Positions 42,841-47,652 of a DNA stretch of 47,652 bases are shown piece by piece; positions within the stretch are counted from its first letter, which is position 1; every line of letters begins with the position of its first letter. The notes beneath the pieces are model-generated. The model did no database searches, was not told the origin of the DNA, and saw only the letters and a program-made list of their open reading frames with translations. Location of the stretch: IMG/VR virus record IMGVR_UViG_3300010376_000050, positions 1 to 47,652 of that record; one strand, written 5' to 3'. Source of the stretch: a virus. Taxonomy: Duplodnaviria; Caudoviricetes. Both the position numbers and the translations under genes were made by a program.

Positions 42841-44625
42841 TTAATCTAAACTTATAGACCGCCGCTCGGGAGTTTTCCCCGGGTGCGCGATGCCGCCTTT
42901 CAAAATCGAAACCTGATTGTCGAACGCGTCGAGCTGTTTGATCATCATCTGCTTCGAACCGCTGCGTATCCCCGGCAGCATCGCCCGGATCGCCGTGCGC
43001 AAGTCTTGAGCGCCCACGCCCATCCCGGCCACGTTCCTCAGGCTCATCGCGCGCTCGTTCAACTGACGGATCCAGATGACGAAGTCCTGCTGCCCTTCGG
43101 ACAGATTCTGCGAAGCCAACGAGGCCAGCTCCTGATTCGCCAACCCTTCGTCGTCGGTCGTCATCGCGTAGTGGAGTTTCGCGATCTGAGCTGTCGAGAA
43201 TTGTTTGTCTAACCCGTTTATGGCGTCCCGCGCGTGCGCGCTCGCCGTCTCGATGTCCTTGATCTGAGCCTCGCGCGGCCTGAGCTTGATGCCCTCCCCG
43301 GCCCCGGCCATACCCATCGCGATAGCCTTCGCCGCCGTCGTGTAGAACACGTTACCGTCGTCGTCCATCGCTTGAACCGGGCGGTACTCGTTCCAGGCCC
43401 GCGCGCGCGCCTCTCCGGTGATCGCGGCTTTCTCGAGTTGGAGTTTGAAGGCCGCGTCGCCCCACTTCTTCAACGCGTCGCGGTATTCGGTCGACGACCG
43501 GCCACCTTTGAAATCCGCCGGTAACGGCGGCTGTCCGACTTCGGCCGCGATCACCGGATCCACGCGGAGGAATTGCTTCTCGAACATCCCGTCTTTGTAT
43601 TCCGAATAGAGCTTGGCGTCTTGTTCGGTCCAACCCGGGTCGCCGGGCATCACCGGCAACCCGTTGTGAAACACTCCCATCGGGATGCCGTTCTGCGAAT
43701 AAATCTGCCCCTCTTTCGGCATCAGCTTGCCTTTGTACTGTTGTCCCGTCTCGGCGTCGCGCACAAGGTGAGCGTCCATCGGGTTCGTCTTGTTCACCGC
43801 TATCACGCCCTCCGACGTGACGTGGTACTCGTATTTTTGCCGCGCCTCGGTGACCACTTTTTCCAAGTCCGCGATGTTCCTCACCGAATTTATGTCCGGA
43901 CCGCCCCCCAGCGCCCCGCCCAGTGCTGCCGCCCGCGGCGCGCGGGCGAGCACGTCGCCGGTAACTCCGCTTTGCTGTTCCGGAGTAAGTTGCTGCTGCT
44001 GTTGCTGCTGGCCGCGGATCAAGTGTTGAAACAACCCGCGGATTCCCGTGGCCGCCTGTTGCTTTTCTTGATGTTTCCCGAGGTGAGTGCCCAAAGCCTC
44101 CAGGTGCGGGCTGTACTTCGGGTTCAGCCAATCCTGGTTGAGGGCCTTGTACATCTTCTTGAGTTTCTTCGGGTCCGTCGCCGCCATCACGTATTTGTCG
44201 CCCGCGGCCGCGGGATCGATCGAGCCGTCGTCGCGCATGTACGGTTGAAGCGACGTCATCAGGTCGGACCAATCGCCTTCGGCCTCGGCCAAGTTCTTCT
44301 CGCGGTGCGCGACTATCGCGTTGTTTATCGCCGCGCCCAGTCCGAGCAACCCGCTGCCCGATGCGTACGCCCCGGTCGGCCGCGGAGTCGGCCGCGGCAG
44401 TTGCGGACGCGCTTGCTGCGAGATTAACTTCGAGATGTACGCCAAAATCTCCGCCCCCGGTTGCCCGGCCGCCGAAGCGCCACCGGACGCCGGAGCAGCC
44501 GCCCCGGGAACGGCGGAACCGCCCGGAGCTTCGCCCGCGCCCAGGGCGCGGCCTTCGTCCTCGCGGAAGAACGGAGGAGTAGTGCCGGGCGTCACGCCCG
44601 GGACCACGGTAAGTTCAGGAGCCAT
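42841..44625 (-). CDS. Putative ejection/internal virion protein (594 aa)
   Basis: Q/A/G-rich and helical; position in the tail module. Confidence 0.65.
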   Translation of the reverse strand: MAPELTVVPGVTPGTTPPFFREDEGRALGAGEAPGGSAVPGAAAPASGGASAAGQPGAEILAYISKLISQQARPQLPRPTPRPTGAYASGSGLLGLGAAINNAIVAHREKNLAEAEGDWSDLMTSLQPYMRDDGSIDPAAAGDKYVMAATDPKKLKKMYKALNQDWLNPKYSPHLEALGTHLGKHQEKQQAATGIRGLFQHLIRGQQQQQQQLTPEQQSGVTGDVLARAPRAAALGGALGGGPDINSVRNIADLEKVVTEARQKYEYHVTSEGVIAVNKTNPMDAHLVRDAETGQQYKGKLMPKEGQIYSQNGIPMGVFHNGLPVMPGDPGWTEQDAKLYSEYKDGMFEKQFLRVDPVIAAEVGQPPLPADFKGGRSSTEYRDALKKWGDAAFKLQLEKAAITGEARARAWNEYRPVQAMDDDGNVFYTTAAKAIAMGMAGAGEGIKLRPREAQIKDIETASAHARDAINGLDKQFSTAQIAKLHYAMTTDDEGLANQELASLASQNLSEGQQDFVIWIRQLNERAMSLRNVAGMGVGAQDLRTAIRAMLPGIRSGSKQMMIKQLDAFDNQVSILKGGIAHPGKTPERRSISLD

Positions 44626-44637
44626 GAATTATTCGCC

Positions 44638-45381
44638 TCAGATTCCGCCTCCACCACCGCCGCCGCCACCACTGCTGTGTCCCGGGCTTATCGATCCGAG
44701 GATGTCCGACAGCCCGCGGACGAACCCCGTGAGCGCGCCGCCGTGCGTGGCCTTGCGACCGGCGACGACGCCGCTCGTGCCCATCAACGTCTGCATAAAG
44801 CGGTCGAGCGCGTCGTTGTAAAATTGCTCGATGATCTGCCCCTGATTCAACTGAACGCGCGAAAGGTAATCGCCCAACCCCACACCGGCCGGGCTGCCGA
44901 AGCGGTTGCCCGTCGCCGAGAATTGCTCCATCACGTCTTCTTCGCCGCGCTCGATCCCGGGCTGCATCGCTGCGAGCAGGTTGTTCAGCATCTGCGGATT
45001 AAAGCCCGCCCCGCTCTGTATGAAGTGAAACATCATGTCGCCCATGCCTTTGCCGAAAGCCTTGTTCAGGATCGATTGAAAGTTTTTCGATTCCTTCGCC
45101 GACATCGGGCCGGAAAGCCCGCCGAACTGTTGCCCTGCCGTCGTCGCCGCCGTCGCTCCGTACGGCCCGGCGTTCGCTGGCATCGCGCCGCCGGGCACGA
45201 GCGAGCCCGTCCGGACCGTCGAAGTCCCCGTCGGAACGTTCGGCAGCATCGGGTTCGTTCCCGCGCCGGTCCCGCCGAACGGGTCGGCGAACGCCGTTTG
45301 AGTTCCCGTCGGATTGTACGCGCCGCCCGGCACGGCGCCGTAGTAAACCGGGTTGGGGAAGGCTCCCGCAGATCCGTTCAT
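44638..45381 (-). CDS. Putative ejection/pilot protein (247 aa)
   Basis: G/M/Q-rich, with EQFSATGNRFGS and a poly-Gly tail. Confidence 0.65.
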   Translation of the reverse strand: MNGSAGAFPNPVYYGAVPGGAYNPTGTQTAFADPFGGTGAGTNPMLPNVPTGTSTVRTGSLVPGGAMPANAGPYGATAATTAGQQFGGLSGPMSAKESKNFQSILNKAFGKGMGDMMFHFIQSGAGFNPQMLNNLLAAMQPGIERGEEDVMEQFSATGNRFGSPAGVGLGDYLSRVQLNQGQIIEQFYNDALDRFMQTLMGTSGVVAGRKATHGGALTGFVRGLSDILGSISPGHSSGGGGGGGGGI

Positions 45382-45384
45382 CGT

Positions 45385-46179
45385 CTAATACCTCTCGACC
45401 ATCGGCGTAACCTGTATCACGGACAGCCGCCGGTCGCGCTCCTGCTGAAGCGTCCGCGCCTCGATCAGTCCCGGGCGCCCGAGGCGGCCGTCCGGCAGCG
45501 CGCTCTTCGGATCGCCGTAAAGCAATTCGTGAAGGAACGTCGCCTGCTCGTTCCACCGCAGCGCCACGGCCCCGCGCTCGGCCGCGGCGTACCCGATGAT
45601 ATCGTGCCAAGAGGGCGGGACGCAGACGTCGCTCTCACCGACGTTCTCGTCGTTGAATTTATGCCTCAACTGATACGGCAAATACACTTGGTAATTCGTG
45701 CCCGGCTGCGTGCCGAACCAGAACTGATTGCCGAACCGCGTGTACTTGAACGGTATCCCGCCCGGGATGAACAAAAGCGGCTGGATGGCCTTGGGCGTCA
45801 AGTAATCCATCGAGTAAGCTCCGGCGGCCGACGTGGCCAGCGCGGCCGTCGCCGCCCCGATCGGCGAAAGGAAGATCACCGGGTCTTCCATCAGCGTGAC
45901 GTCGTCGCCCGTGGCGATGAACTGACTGACCAGGTACGCGTAGTTCGAGCCGTTAACCCCGAGCCGCGGCCCGATCGTCACGAGCGGCGGATTCGGCTGC
46001 CTTAACTCTTCGAAGGGCAAACTCTCGGTTATCTCCCGGAGCGCGTCGCGGATCCACGAAGACGGCCGCATCTCCGGGTTCGCGTTCGCCTCGGTGACGT
46101 CGCCGCGGTTCTGCAGCGCCGCCACCACGCGCGGGATCAGTTCGCGTATCTTCGCCGTCGCTCCACCGGGGTTGTTCAT
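45385..46179 (-). CDS. Head-tail adaptor (tail tubular A / gp4-like)
   Basis: ELIPRVVAALQNRGD...WIRDALREI...VPPSWHDIIGYAAA pattern. Confidence 0.7.
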   Translation of the reverse strand: MNNPGGATAKIRELIPRVVAALQNRGDVTEANANPEMRPSSWIRDALREITESLPFEELRQPNPPLVTIGPRLGVNGSNYAYLVSQFIATGDDVTLMEDPVIFLSPIGAATAALATSAAGAYSMDYLTPKAIQPLLFIPGGIPFKYTRFGNQFWFGTQPGTNYQVYLPYQLRHKFNDENVGESDVCVPPSWHDIIGYAAAERGAVALRWNEQATFLHELLYGDPKSALPDGRLGRPGLIEARTLQQERDRRLSVIQVTPMVERY

Positions 46180-46598
46180 GCCGCTACCAGCACCTCCACG
46201 GGCGTAGCCGCCGCGTTGGCCGAAAGCGTCAACGTCGTGACGCCGTTGGTCAAGCCGCCGATCGGAGTTCCGGCCGTCTCGTTAGCCGGAAAGTACAGGA
46301 ACACGCCGCCGGGTCCGAGGGCGCAGACGTTTATCACGCCCGGGCCGCCGTTCGGCGTCCAATTTATAAGCAGGTTGTTCGTCGTGTGAAGGTTCCTGAT
46401 GAACACCGTGTAGACCACCGGCGCCGGGGTGAAGATGTTCACCGGGGCCGTGCCGATCAGTATGAATGGATCGTAGAAAACCGTGTTCACCGTGAGTGAC
46501 GGGTTGTTCATATTCCGCGTCACGATCGTCGGATTCGGCGTGATCGTCGTATCCGTCACCGTGATCACCGCGCTGAGCACTTCCGTCATGTTCGGCAT
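46176..46598 (-). CDS. Putative virion protein (140 aa)
   Basis: GGGGAG RBS before MPNMTE; beta-rich. Confidence 0.6.
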   Translation of the reverse strand: MPNMTEVLSAVITVTDTTITPNPTIVTRNMNNPSLTVNTVFYDPFILIGTAPVNIFTPAPVVYTVFIRNLHTTNNLLINWTPNGGPGVINVCALGPGGVFLYFPANETAGTPIGGLTNGVTTLTLSANAAATPVEVLVAA

Positions 46599-46609
46599 CT
46601 TCTTCTCCC

Positions 46610-46957
46610 CTAGATCAAAATCAAATTGTAAACCGCCGAAGCCGTCGTCGAGCGGAACGTCGCCGTCGTGGCGGTCCACGGCGTGACGGGCGAACGGTAG
46701 ATGACGCCGCCGTTCGTCGTGTCCCACCCGGCCAGCGTCACGGGCACGCGCCCGAGCGTGTGCTGGACCGTGAAGTCCGTGTTCGCCGACGCGGGCGACG
46801 TCCCCGAAGCCTTCGAGCACTGTATGTTCCGGTCCGGCTCTTGGTTCCGCATCGTCGCGCCGAAACTCACCTTGCCCGCCAGAACGCGCCCGTGATTCCG
46901 GATGGCGTCGTACAGACCCGTCGGCGTGGTCAACAGCGGGCGGCGGTAGGGCTTCAT
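46610..46957 (-). CDS. Putative tail-associated protein (115 aa)
   Basis: ATGA-coupled start MKPYRR; VQHTLGRVP motif. Confidence 0.6.
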   Translation of the reverse strand: MKPYRRPLLTTPTGLYDAIRNHGRVLAGKVSFGATMRNQEPDRNIQCSKASGTSPASANTDFTVQHTLGRVPVTLAGWDTTNGGVIYRSPVTPWTATTATFRSTTASAVYNLILI

Positions 46958-47418
46958 GCGAACTCCTGCTGCGTCTCGACGCGCCCGCACAACACGATCT
47001 TGACGATCGAGAGCGGACCGTCACCGGGCGCGCGCCCGACCGTCAACTGCACGTCCTTGGCCGTGAACCCGCCGAGCCCGACGATCGCCGTCATGATCCG
47101 CGCCGTCGGCGCCCGGTTGCCCACCGTCACCGCGATCGTCTTCGTCTCCACCGTTTGATCTTCCCTCACGCCCGTCAACACGAGCGTGAACCGCGCTACT
47201 CCCAAGTCTCGGTACTTGATAACGGCCTGACCGAAAGTAGGAACGCGGCCAGGCAACACTTCTTCCACTTTGAAGGCGTAGAACCCCCCGCTCGTCGCGT
47301 CGTCGTAACCGGCCGACGGGTCGAAGGCGTAAAACCCCGTCGCACCACCGGCCGTCTCCTGCATCGGAAACAGCGTGAGCCGCGATACCGTCGAGACGCC
47401 GCCATTAGACTGTGCCAT
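46954..47418 (-). CDS. Tail protein, possibly the separated C-terminal domain of the hub (154 aa)
   Basis: Beta-sandwich-like; starts 6 nt after the hub stop. Confidence 0.6.
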   Translation of the reverse strand: MAQSNGGVSTVSRLTLFPMQETAGGATGFYAFDPSAGYDDATSGGFYAFKVEEVLPGRVPTFGQAVIKYRDLGVARFTLVLTGVREDQTVETKTIAVTVGNRAPTARIMTAIVGLGGFTAKDVQLTVGRAPGDGPLSIVKIVLCGRVETQQEFA

Positions 47419-47424
47419 CGCTCG

Positions 47425-47652
47425 TCACAGAGGATACCCGTGCTGCGTGAAGTATTGCTGCAAATAATAATTCGCCAAACCCTGATTGTATTGCGCCGTC
47501 GTCGCCCCCGGAGCCTTCTGTACCGCCGTGCCGGCCGGAACCACGCCCACGGGCAGCGCCGAAAGGATGCCGATCCAGGCTTCTTCGCACCGTCCGGTTT
47601 GTATCAGCCCGGGGGCATCCCATGGCGGCAGCCAGTGATTCAGCTCGAGGTC
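47425..47652 (-). CDS. C-terminal 75 aa of the tail hub protein (continuation of 1..1101)
   Basis: Open from the window edge: DLELNHWLPPWDAPGLIQTGRCEEAWIG...HGYPL*. Confidence 0.65.
   Translation of the reverse strand, partial: DLELNHWLPPWDAPGLIQTGRCEEAWIGILSALPVGVVPAGTAVQKAPGATTAQYNQGLANYYLQQYFTQHGYPL

Noticed and set aside
43982-44010. Poly-Gln codon run (and poly-Gly runs elsewhere)
   Set aside because: Ordinary low-complexity linkers.
46176-47024. 282-aa version of the ORF
   Set aside because: The upstream part overlaps a better gene; the RBS supports a start at 46598.
290-47158. Many long plus-strand and alternate-frame ORFs (e.g. 7930..9351, 12796..14442, 32975..34957, 36476..38293, 44461..46005)
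   Set aside because: Arg/Pro-rich shadow ORFs of high-GC genes, with no motifs.
1-47652. tRNA, rRNA, att site, stop-codon recoding
   Set aside because: None recognised by eye; genes read intact in the standard code with all three stops in use.

Overview
This window is an apparently near-complete, circularly permuted, GC-rich dsDNA phage genome with podovirus-type organisation: P22-like portal, adaptor, hub and ejection proteins, an HK97-fold capsid, and no tape measure or tail tube. Almost all genes are on the minus strand. A tail-hub gene runs off position 1 and resumes in frame at 47652. Modules are head/packaging (1-13.0 kb), a putative DNA-modification trio (13.0-14.8 kb), a lower-GC envelope-targeted accessory cassette (15.0-17.6 kb), replication/recombination (17.6-24.0 kb), a divergent promoter switch (24.0 kb), signal-peptide-bearing adhesin/tailspike-like giants (25.2-39.1 kb), an ATP-grasp locus (39.1-41.3 kb) and ejection/tail genes (41.4-47.6 kb). 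The best candidate for an undescribed system is a diverged PurD-fold ATP-grasp ligase fused to a HAD phosphatase. It is preceded by two small peptides sharing RTRTGIQ-x8-Rx[FY]GxK (conserved through synonymous codon changes) and followed by a coupled 39-aa hyper-acidic peptide. Other notable features are a GroES with a DnaJ-type zinc finger in its mobile loop, receptor-binding-like proteins that all carry export signals, and a phage-encoded PEP-CTERM protein. No endolysin or integrase is recognisable. The host is inferred, not shown, to be an exosortase-bearing diderm such as Acidobacteriota. All family calls come from motif recognition by eye; no searches were run.
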